DNA of 24,000 bases from Candidatus Kaiserbacteria bacterium RIFCSPHIGHO2_01_FULL_53_29 (GTDB taxonomy: Bacteria; Patescibacteriota; Minisyncoccia; Phycocordibacterales; UBA2100), in contig MFKT01000018.1 of the NCBI GenBank assembly GCA_001781125.1, positions 4,595 through 28,594 of the forward strand, in the 5' to 3' direction. This document shows, in pieces, positions 1 to 6,952 of this stretch. The position numbers were made by a program, and so were the translations under genes. Position 1 is the stretch's first letter. The number at the start of each line of letters is the position of its first letter. The notes under the pieces are model-generated. The model saw only the letters and a program-made list of their open reading frames with translations, did not search any database and was not told the DNA's origin.

Positions 1-468
1 ATCGCCCAGGCACGTGTGGGCAGGTTCCAGAAGCCCATCCGCATCATCAAATTCCGAAGTATGAGCGGGAATGATGAAGGTGATTATGGTGAGCATGGGA
101 AAACCAGACTGCACGTCACACGTGTTGGGAAATGGTTGCGATTGCTTCGATTCGACGAACTTCCACAATTGTGGAATGTCGTGCGCGGTGATCTTTCACT
201 CGTAGGGCCGCGCCCCGAATTACCGAAGCTTGCCGCGGAGTACAATGCCCGCATTCCGTACTACAACGCCCGCTACCTCGTGGCGCCGGGGCTTACCGGC
301 TGGGCGCAGGTGCGGCACGATCGTGACCCGCATCATGGCGCCGATATTGCCGAGACGAAGACCAAACTCGCATACGATCTCTTCTACCTCGCCCATCGCT
401 CGCTTTTGCTTGATCTTTTTATTATGCTTCAAACGGTGCGCATCATCCTGACCGCACGGGGATCGTAA
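1..468 (+). CDS. Sugar transferase (polyprenyl-phosphate glycosyl-1-phosphate transferase family), C-terminal fragment; the gene starts left of the window
   Basis: The frame is open from nt 1 (IAQARVGRFQKPIRIIKFRSM...). The conserved bacterial sugar-transferase motifs KFRSM, DELPQLWNV, GDLSLVGPRP and GLTGWAQV are all present. Confidence 0.85.
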   Translation: MAQARVGRFQKPIRIIKFRSMSGNDEGDYGEHGKTRLHVTRVGKWLRLLRFDELPQLWNVVRGDLSLVGPRPELPKLAAEYNARIPYYNARYLVAPGLTGWAQVRHDRDPHHGADIAETKTKLAYDLFYLAHRSLLLDLFIMLQTVRIILTARGS

Positions 469-473
469 TTTGT

Positions 474-1385
474 ATGACTCAAAAATTTGTTGTAACAGGC
501 GGGGCGGGATTTATCGGCTCTCACATTGTGGATGCGCTTGTTGCACGCGGCAATGATGTGCACGTGATCGACAATTATACGGGCGGCAAATTTGAGGAGC
601 GATTCAACGCGAAGGCGGTGTACCACGAGGTAGACATGCGCTTGACGGATGAGATCCAAAAGATCGTGCGAGGAGCAGATGTTGTTTTTCATACAGCAGC
701 CGTCCCGCGCGTGCCATATTCCATCGAACATCCGGTCGAAACGACAGACGTGAATATTACAGGTACGGTCTCTGTGTTGACCGCGGCCGCGAATGCAAAA
801 GTCCGTCGGGTAATCTACTCTTCTTCCGGCTCGGCGTATGGAAATCAAACAATTCTTCCGCTTGGAGAAACACTTCCCGCCAATCCAGTAAATCCGTACG
901 GTTTGCAGAAATATGTCGGGGAGTTGTTCGCTGCACTGTGGCCGAGCATCTACGGTATTGAGACAGTGAGCCTGCGCTACTTCAACGTGTATGGCCCGGG
1001 TCTCGACCCGAATGGCCCGTATGCGCTTGCGATAGGGAAATTTCTCTTGGCGCGGAAGGATAACACGCCGATAACGATATTCGGCGACGGAACGGTGACC
1101 CGCGACTTCACGCATGTTTCGGATGTCGTACGCGCCAACCTTCTTGCAGCAGAGAGCAAGAAAGTAGGGAAGGGAGAGGTCATTAATGTCGGTGCTGGGC
1201 GCAACGTCTCGATCAAGGCGCTCGCCGACATGTTTGGCGGTGAGATCCGGTATGGCCCTGCGCGGATAGAGGCGCACGATTCGCTGGCAGACAATCGCAA
1301 AGCAAAAGAATTACTTGGTTGGGAGCCGACTATTACACTTGAGGATGGTATCGCGGAATTAAAAAAAGAAATGGGCATTACATGA
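474..1385 (+). CDS. NAD-dependent epimerase/dehydratase (extended SDR, UDP-sugar 4-epimerase-like)
   Basis: N-terminal Rossmann motif TGGAGFIGSH and catalytic YxxxK (PYGLQKYVGE); 303 aa. There is a 4-nt stop/start overlap with folD. Confidence 0.85.
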   Translation: MTQKFVVTGGAGFIGSHIVDALVARGNDVHVIDNYTGGKFEERFNAKAVYHEVDMRLTDEIQKIVRGADVVFHTAAVPRVPYSIEHPVETTDVNITGTVSVLTAAANAKVRRVIYSSSGSAYGNQTILPLGETLPANPVNPYGLQKYVGELFAALWPSIYGIETVSLRYFNVYGPGLDPNGPYALAIGKFLLARKDNTPITIFGDGTVTRDFTHVSDVVRANLLAAESKKVGKGEVINVGAGRNVSIKALADMFGGEIRYGPARIEAHDSLADNRKAKELLGWEPTITLEDGIAELKKEMGIT

Positions 1386-2176
1386 TTGTTGACGGAAAGG
1401 CGATAGCGGAGAGTATCTATACGGAGCTTAAGCCGAAGTTCGAAGCGCTCGGGCGGAAACCCCGGCTTGGGATCCTCGTCGTCGGCGGCCACGCGGTAAT
1501 CGAATCGTTCGTTGGCATCAAAACGCGCAGCGCCGAAGCGCTCGGCATCGAAATGGTGCGCGTCAATGTTTCTGATAAAAGCGATATGGGCAAGATCGAA
1601 CAAGCGGCACAGCGGCTTGTCGATACGACCGATGCCGTCGTCATCCAGCTTCCGCTGCCACCAGGTATTGATGTAAATCAGATCCTTGCCGCCGTGCCTC
1701 GTGAAAAAGATGTAGATGCGCTGAATCCGAATGTGCCTGAAGAAGAGCGCCTCGTGCACGCGCCGGTGGCGCTCGCCGTCGTTGAGATACTCCGTAGGAA
1801 CAACGTAGAAATAGCTGGCGCGCGGACAGTCGTCGTCGGCCAGGGAAGGCTCGTGGGGAAGCCCGCAATGTGGCTTCTCAAAAGCCTCGGCGCGAACGTA
1901 TCGGTGTTCTCGCTCGACGAAGGTTCTATCGATGACCTCAAAGATGCAGATATTGTTATCCTCGGCGCAGGTAATCCGGGATTCATAAAGCCCGAGCATA
2001 TCAAAGAGGGTGTTGCCCTTATTGATGCAGGTACCAGCGAACTCAACAAAAAAATCCAAGGCGACGCCGACCCGGCGTGTGCCGAAGTCGCTTCCGTCTT
2101 CACCCCCGTCCCCGGTGGCGTCGGCCCCGTTGCCGTAGCGATGATTTTTCGCAACCTACTCGAACTCATCCAGTAA
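1382..2176 (+). CDS. folD: Bifunctional methylenetetrahydrofolate dehydrogenase / methenyl-THF cyclohydrolase
   Basis: The full 264 aa resemble FolD: MIVDGKAIA, VIQLPLPPGID, DVDALNP, VVVGQGRLVGKP, TPVPGGVGPVAVAM. Confidence 0.9.
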   Translation: MIVDGKAIAESIYTELKPKFEALGRKPRLGILVVGGHAVIESFVGIKTRSAEALGIEMVRVNVSDKSDMGKIEQAAQRLVDTTDAVVIQLPLPPGIDVNQILAAVPREKDVDALNPNVPEEERLVHAPVALAVVEILRRNNVEIAGARTVVVGQGRLVGKPAMWLLKSLGANVSVFSLDEGSIDDLKDADIVILGAGNPGFIKPEHIKEGVALIDAGTSELNKKIQGDADPACAEVASVFTPVPGGVGPVAVAMIFRNLLELIQ

Positions 2177-2194
2177 GATGATACAATTTGTTGT

Positions 2195-2659
2195 ATGAGT
2201 TCGGAGGGTTCGGACTTTTTAAGGAAGTTAAAACAAATGGTTCCCGGAACCGAAGCCAACAAGAAAGCGAATGCCGTTGGTAGTCTTTACTTACAGCATC
2301 GGCATGAGAAGGACGTAGCGGACATGGAGCAGCTCGTCGTCCCGCTCCAGCGAAAACAGAACGAGATTTTCGACTCGAACAAAAAAAGGATTTTCGCCAA
2401 CATTGCGGAACTAGATAGCAAAGGAGCGATTGAATTGGATCTGCGTAAAATGTTGCCCGAATATAATCTTTTTTGGAAAGAAGAAGCTCACCTGGTTGAT
2501 GATATTGAGTTTCATCTCGCTGCGTCAGGTGCCGAATGGTTTTCACGCAATGCGGGAACAAGTTTTCAAACGGAGTTTCAGTACTATGGGAACGGCGTTG
2601 TGCGCTGGTTACGCGGCGCGCCCGGCGTCGAAAGGGGACTATGGGGTGTGAACGAATGA
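2195..2659 (+). CDS. Hypothetical protein (154 aa), no family recognised
   Basis: Longest ORF in the folD-secD gap, with protein-like composition. An extended -10 TGATACAAT (2179-2187) lies 7 nt upstream of the ATG. Confidence 0.5.
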   Translation: MSSEGSDFLRKLKQMVPGTEANKKANAVGSLYLQHRHEKDVADMEQLVVPLQRKQNEIFDSNKKRIFANIAELDSKGAIELDLRKMLPEYNLFWKEEAHLVDDIEFHLAASGAEWFSRNAGTSFQTEFQYYGNGVVRWLRGAPGVERGLWGVNE

Positions 2660-2689
2660 AGTGTTTGAAATGGAGGAGCTCTCAGATCA

Positions 2690-4048
2690 ATGGCTGTTGC
2701 GTGGCTCAATTCCAAGGGTATACTGCTCGCCATGTGGCAAAAACGGGCTATTGCGCTGCTTATCTTAGCAGTAGGAGTCGGCATCGGCTGGTATGTTTAC
2801 AGTTCGCAACAGGAAGGATCGCGGCCTTTTAAATTGGGCCTCGATCTTTCTGGTGGTACCCAGCTCGTGTATCGCGCGAATCTCGACGCGATCAAGGGGA
2901 GCGACGTCGCGGATTCGATGGCATCTCTGCGCGATACCATCGAGCGGCGCGTGAATCTCTTCGGCGTATCCGAGCCCATCGTGCAGACGGAGCATGCAGG
3001 TACTTTGGCAGGAACTCCGGAGGAGCGTTTAATCGTGGAGTTACCGGGAGTGACCGATACACAAAAGGCGATCGAGCTCATCGGGCAAACTCCTGTCTTG
3101 GAATTTCGGATGCTCAAAGTTGGCGTGGACCAATCAAACATCGCATCGTCAACCGTCAATGAACTTTTCGAACCTGCGGCCATCACTGGCAAGGATCTCA
3201 AGAGCGCCGAACTGCAATTTCAGGGGGGGGCGGGTAGCTTGAACGAAGCGGTTGTCGTCCTTCACTTCAATTCAGAAGGCGCAAAAATATTCGCGGATCT
3301 GACCAAGAACAATATTGATCGCTCGTTCGGTATGTTTCTTGACGGTTCTCCAATCTCCGTCCCGGTAATCCGCGAAGCTATTCCCGACGGTACCGCGGTC
3401 ATCTCGGGTGGCTTCACGCCAGAGGGGGCAAAAGAGCTGGCACGCAATCTGAACTACGGCGCACTGCCCGTCCCAATAGAGCTCATTTCCACACAGACCG
3501 TTTCCGGCACCCTCGGTGAAAAGGCGGTACAAGATGGCATCATGGCGGGGATCTGGGGTGTGGGCGCGGTCGTAATTTTCATGCTCCTGTGGTACCGCTT
3601 GCCGGGGCTTCTTGCGGCAGTCGCGCTCATGCTCTACATTGCCGTGATCCTTGCACTTTTCAAACTCATTCCGGTCACGCTCACGGCAGCGGGCATCGCC
3701 GCGTTCATTCTCTCGATCGGTATGGCGGTGGATGCCAACATTCTCATCTTCGAGCGCACGAAAGAAGAGCTCGAAAAAGGAACGGGCACAGCTGACGCTA
3801 TTCGCGAAGGATTCCACCGCGCGTGGCCGTCGATTCGCGACAGCAATATTTCATCGATGATAACAGCGATTATTCTCTTCTGGTTCGGCACATCGCTTAT
3901 CAAGGGCTTCGCGCTCGTCTTCGGGCTCGGTGTCTTGGTCTCAATGTTGACCGCAATCTCCGTCTCTCGCACGTTCCTCTTTGCGCTCGGTATCGATGCG
4001 AGAACGGGCTTTTCGCGATTCCTTTTCGGTAGCGGCGTCAAATCATAA
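2690..4048 (+). CDS. secD: Protein translocase subunit SecD
   Basis: N-terminal TM helix, periplasmic domain (LGLDLSGGTQLVY) and a C-terminal multi-TM block with MAVDANILIFERTKEE. GGAGGAG lies at 2672-2678. ATG 2732 (MWQKRAIALL...) is an alternative start. Confidence 0.9.
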   Translation: MAVAWLNSKGILLAMWQKRAIALLILAVGVGIGWYVYSSQQEGSRPFKLGLDLSGGTQLVYRANLDAIKGSDVADSMASLRDTIERRVNLFGVSEPIVQTEHAGTLAGTPEERLIVELPGVTDTQKAIELIGQTPVLEFRMLKVGVDQSNIASSTVNELFEPAAITGKDLKSAELQFQGGAGSLNEAVVVLHFNSEGAKIFADLTKNNIDRSFGMFLDGSPISVPVIREAIPDGTAVISGGFTPEGAKELARNLNYGALPVPIELISTQTVSGTLGEKAVQDGIMAGIWGVGAVVIFMLLWYRLPGLLAAVALMLYIAVILALFKLIPVTLTAAGIAAFILSIGMAVDANILIFERTKEELEKGTGTADAIREGFHRAWPSIRDSNISSMITAIILFWFGTSLIKGFALVFGLGVLVSMLTAISVSRTFLFALGIDARTGFSRFLFGSGVKS

Positions 4049-4050
4049 AT

Positions 4051-4959
4051 ATGTTCATCATCACACACAGAAATATATTCTTCTGCGTTACTGCCGCGAT
4101 TACAGCGCTCGGTATTGTTTCCGTAGTCGTGTTCGGGTTGAAGCCGAGCCTTGAATTTACAGGTGGAACCCTTGTGCAAGTCAGCTACCCCCAAGAGCGA
4201 CCGGCGCCGCAGCGTATGGAGGAGGCGCTGAGCGGAGTGGGCATTCACGGCTATTCAATTCGCGAAGCAGGACAGAAAGATTACATCATACGCGCACCCA
4301 ACCTTAGCGAATTGCAGCGCTCCAGTATTGCAGAGGTCGTGTCAGGTGGCGAAGAGTATCGGGGAGAGATCACGCAGCTTACCGAAGTTGGACCAACCAT
4401 CGGGCTTGAATTGCGCAACAAATCACTCATCGCGCTCGGGCTTGTATTACTCTGCATCCTCCTTTTTATCGCATTCGCCTTTCGCAAAGTCTCGAAGCCC
4501 ATCTCGTCATGGATATATGGGCTTATTGCACTCGTCACCTTGATACACGACATTATCGTGCCTGTCGGATTTTTCGCGCTTCTCGGGTATCTCACGGGGG
4601 CCCAGATAGACACCCTCTTCGTGACGGCCATTCTTACCATTCTCGGCTTCTCCATCCACGACACCATCGTCGTGTTCGACCGTACGCGCGAGAACTTGCG
4701 CGTCAATCATGAGCGCAACAAGAAAGAGGACTTTGCGGATACGGCAGGGAGGAGCCTCGGACAAACCTTCGTGCGTTCCGTCAACACCTCGCTCACTGTA
4801 CTCATCACGCTCCTCGTCCTCTTCTTCATCGGTCCGGCTTCTACAAAAGATTTCGCGCTCACACTCCTGGTCGGTATCATTGCGGGTACCTATTCCTCCA
4901 TATTCTTGGCCACGCCCCTCTTGGTTCTTGTCGAACAATACCGTAGGAAGCGGAAGTAG
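4051..4959 (+). CDS. secF: Protein translocase subunit SecF
   Basis: Begins directly after secD. Motifs LEFTGGTLVQV and HDTIVVFDRTREN plus six predicted hydrophobic helices; 302 aa. Confidence 0.9.
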   Translation: MFIITHRNIFFCVTAAITALGIVSVVVFGLKPSLEFTGGTLVQVSYPQERPAPQRMEEALSGVGIHGYSIREAGQKDYIIRAPNLSELQRSSIAEVVSGGEEYRGEITQLTEVGPTIGLELRNKSLIALGLVLLCILLFIAFAFRKVSKPISSWIYGLIALVTLIHDIIVPVGFFALLGYLTGAQIDTLFVTAILTILGFSIHDTIVVFDRTRENLRVNHERNKKEDFADTAGRSLGQTFVRSVNTSLTVLITLLVLFFIGPASTKDFALTLLVGIIAGTYSSIFLATPLLVLVEQYRRKRK

Positions 4960-5052
4960 CTTTTGGCCTGCCCCGTAGCCAAGTCCGAAGGGCTTGTGGT
5001 ACCGGGGTAGAGGTCGGGCGTTGGAGGCGAAAAAAGTGATATCCTGCTTTGT

Positions 5053-5784
5053 ATGGAGCTGAAAACGGTCGGCATCATAGGATACGGCGCTTTCGGCGCG
5101 CTCGCCCATACCCTCATCAAACGTTTCGCGCCATCGGTTACTGTACGCGTACACTCGGAACATCATCCGTCTGATGGCAAACAGTTTTTCTCACTTGAGG
5201 AAACTGCGCAAAGCGACGCGGTTGTGTTTGCCGTTCCGATACATGCGTATGAAGAAGCATTGCGTGAGATAGTGCCGCTGATGCGGCAAGATTCCGTCAT
5301 CGTCGACGTTGCGACCGTAAAGGTTCACACCGTGCAGATGCTGAAGCAGTATGCGCGGGGCAGGCGCTACATCGCGACGCACCCGGTCTGGGGCCCCGAG
5401 AGCTACGAGAAGTGCGCAGGCGATATCCGCGGGTTCCGTATCGTTATGACAGATGGCACACTGAGCATCGAGGAGTACAACGCGCTCACAGCATTTTTGC
5501 GCGGACTCGGATTCGATGTCGTCGAAATGTCAGCCGAGAGCCACGATAAGTACATTGCTGAAACCCTATTTCTTACCCACTTCATCGCGCAAATCTTTGC
5601 GCGAGCCGGCATTAAGCGCACAAAAGTGGATACGGTCTCGTTTGCCAGTCTCATGAATGCCATAGAAGGTGTACAACACGATCAGGAACTTTTCAAAGAC
5701 GTGTATAAGTATAATCCGTACTGTAAGGAAGTTTTGAAGCGCTTCGGAATTGGGGAATCTGAAGTGCAAAAACTTCTGCTATGA
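5053..5784 (+). CDS. tyrA: Prephenate (or arogenate) dehydrogenase
   Basis: N-terminal dinucleotide fold VGIIGYGAFG, then VDVATVK and ATHPVWGPE (HPMFGP-like), typical of the TyrA family. There is a 4-nt overlap with the downstream dehydratase gene. Confidence 0.8.
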   Translation: MELKTVGIIGYGAFGALAHTLIKRFAPSVTVRVHSEHHPSDGKQFFSLEETAQSDAVVFAVPIHAYEEALREIVPLMRQDSVIVDVATVKVHTVQMLKQYARGRRYIATHPVWGPESYEKCAGDIRGFRIVMTDGTLSIEEYNALTAFLRGLGFDVVEMSAESHDKYIAETLFLTHFIAQIFARAGIKRTKVDTVSFASLMNAIEGVQHDQELFKDVYKYNPYCKEVLKRFGIGESEVQKLLL

Positions 5785-6338
5785 GAATCGGTATTTCAGG
5801 AGCCAAGGGTAGCTTCTCGGAAGAGGCTGCGCGAAAATACGCAAGCAAGAATGGGCTTGAAGGATATACGTTGGACTATCTCATTTCGGTCGAGAACGTG
5901 TTGACTGCCCTCGAGAAGGGGACGATCGACCTCGGGATCTTTCCGATAGAGAATCTGACCGGCGGCGCAGTTGCAGAAACAGTCGTGGCAATGCAAAAGC
6001 ACAAATTTCAGAAAAAAAATACGTTCACCATCGATATACGTCAGAACCTTCTTGCCCTCAAAACGACGAAGCGGGAGGAAATTATTACGATCACTTCGCA
6101 TGAGCAAGCGCTGAAGCAATGCGGTGCCTATCTGAAGGCGAAATGGCCAAACGCAAAACTTCAGGAATACGAGGATACTGCTAAGGCTGCAGAAGATCTC
6201 GCGGCAGGGAAGTTGCCGCCATCGACCGCCGTCATCGCCTCGCGTACCGCAGCTGAAGTTTACGGCCTCCAAATTCTTGAGGAATCGATACAGGATCAAA
6301 AAGAAAATCTCACGAGCTTTATTGCTGCGACAAAGTAG
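5781..6338 (+). CDS. pheA: Prephenate dehydratase, catalytic (PDT) domain only; no C-terminal ACT regulatory domain
   Basis: ISGAKGSFSEEAA, GIFPIENLTGGAV, TSHEQALKQCGAYL and ENLTSFI match the PDT domain. The ORF stops at 185 aa, where canonical PheA proteins continue with an ~80-aa ACT domain. Confidence 0.8.
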   Translation: MRIGISGAKGSFSEEAARKYASKNGLEGYTLDYLISVENVLTALEKGTIDLGIFPIENLTGGAVAETVVAMQKHKFQKKNTFTIDIRQNLLALKTTKREEIITITSHEQALKQCGAYLKAKWPNAKLQEYEDTAKAAEDLAAGKLPPSTAVIASRTAAEVYGLQILEESIQDQKENLTSFIAATK

Positions 6339-6341
6339 TCT

Positions 6342-6683
6342 TTATTTTTTCTCGAGAGTCTCGGAGTGATCGAGAATTACTTCAAAGATTTTTCGCGCCG
6401 CTTCTTCGGATATACCCAGATCTTTGGCGACTGCGATTCTTGAACTCATCACCTCATTTCTTCGTTTCTCGTCACGCACTTCAAGGCCTTTTTCTTGCTT
6501 AAGTTTTCCGATCTCAACGACGGATTTAAGGCGCTCTGCAAGCGCCAGAAGAAGTTCTTTATCTGCCGCATCGATCTCGGCGCGCAATCTCTCCAGCTCG
6601 CTTGACCCCGTTAGAGAACTACCTTTCGGGGGTGTGGTTGAGGAATCATCATTCTCTAACGGGGTTGACATAGAGCCCATCAT
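6342..6683 (-). CDS. Monofunctional chorismate mutase (AroQ-class, all-helical) with a Ser/Thr-rich N-terminal extension
   Basis: ELERLRAEIDAADKELLLALAERLKSVVEIGKLKQEKGLEVRDEKRRNEV matches the helix-1/helix-2 signature (R...D..ll.Ll.eR........K....l...d..Re) of AroQ chorismate mutases. It is convergent with pheA, with 3 nt between the stop codons. Confidence 0.8.
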   Translation of the reverse strand: MMGSMSTPLENDDSSTTPPKGSSLTGSSELERLRAEIDAADKELLLALAERLKSVVEIGKLKQEKGLEVRDEKRRNEVMSSRIAVAKDLGISEEAARKIFEVILDHSETLEKK

Positions 6684-6693
6684 ACACTACAAT
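6665..6693 (+). promoter_or_regulatory. Sigma70-type promoter TTGACA-17 nt-TACAAT driving the trp T-box leader
   Basis: TTGACA at 6665-6670, an exact 17-nt spacer, then TACAAT at 6688-6693. It lies inside the first codons of the divergent chorismate mutase gene. Confidence 0.65.
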
Positions 6694-6699
6694 ACCCCT

Positions 6700-6901
6700 T
6701 AGTTAAAGCCTTTGATTCGGGGGATGGGCCCGAATCGTCTATGGACAAGGCGATCTCTGCATGAGTGGAGATCCGGATTCCTCCGTAAAAAGGATAACTG
6801 ATATCTTACGAGAGCCAGTGAGTTATAAATTAAGGTGGTATCGCGGAAACCCGCCCTTATTGCACAAGGTATGATTGTGCAGTGAGGGCGGCTTTCATTT
6901 T
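6700..6901 (+). promoter_or_regulatory. T-box riboswitch leader, candidate specifier UGG (tRNA-Trp)
   Basis: T-box core AAGGUGGUAUCGCGG lies at 6832-6846. The antiterminator is AAGG/CCUU plus the 7-nt bulge UGGUAUC plus GCGG/CCGC. A competing terminator lies at 6851-6901. A Stem I-like helix spans 6708-6751, with UGG-A at 6742-6745 in its 3' internal loop. Stem II spans 6752-6773, an F-box-like CCGUAA lies at 6783-6788, and Stem III spans 6795-6826. Confidence 0.85.
6851..6901 (+). terminator. Intrinsic terminator of the trp T-box leader
   Basis: CCGCCCU (6851-6857) pairs with AGGGCGG (6885-6891). The inner helix is UGCACAA (6861-6867) / UUGUGCA (6875-6881). The tail is CUUUCAUUUU. Confidence 0.8.
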
Positions 6902-6952
6902 GCGATGAGCAAAATGATGTCGCGACGAGCACGATGCGACATAAACTAATCT

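Noticed and set aside
977-2059. 360-aa ORF on the minus strand (also 429..1277, 282 aa)
   Set aside because: It is antisense to the clearly recognisable epimerase and folD genes. The composition is Arg/Ser/Ala-rich with no motifs, typical of shadow ORFs in moderately GC-rich DNA.
4971-5007. Imperfect hairpin after secF (CCCCGTA...TACCGGGG with inner AGCC/GGCT)
   Set aside because: It has a bulged stem and no downstream U-tract, so I cannot support it as a terminator or a riboswitch. No T-box core or leader peptide is present upstream of tyrA.
6699-6932. 77-aa minus-strand ORF in the CM-trpE intergenic region
   Set aside because: It lies exactly antisense to the T-box leader and terminator. 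The sequence is Cys/Arg-rich and improbable as a protein, and the region is better explained as structured RNA.
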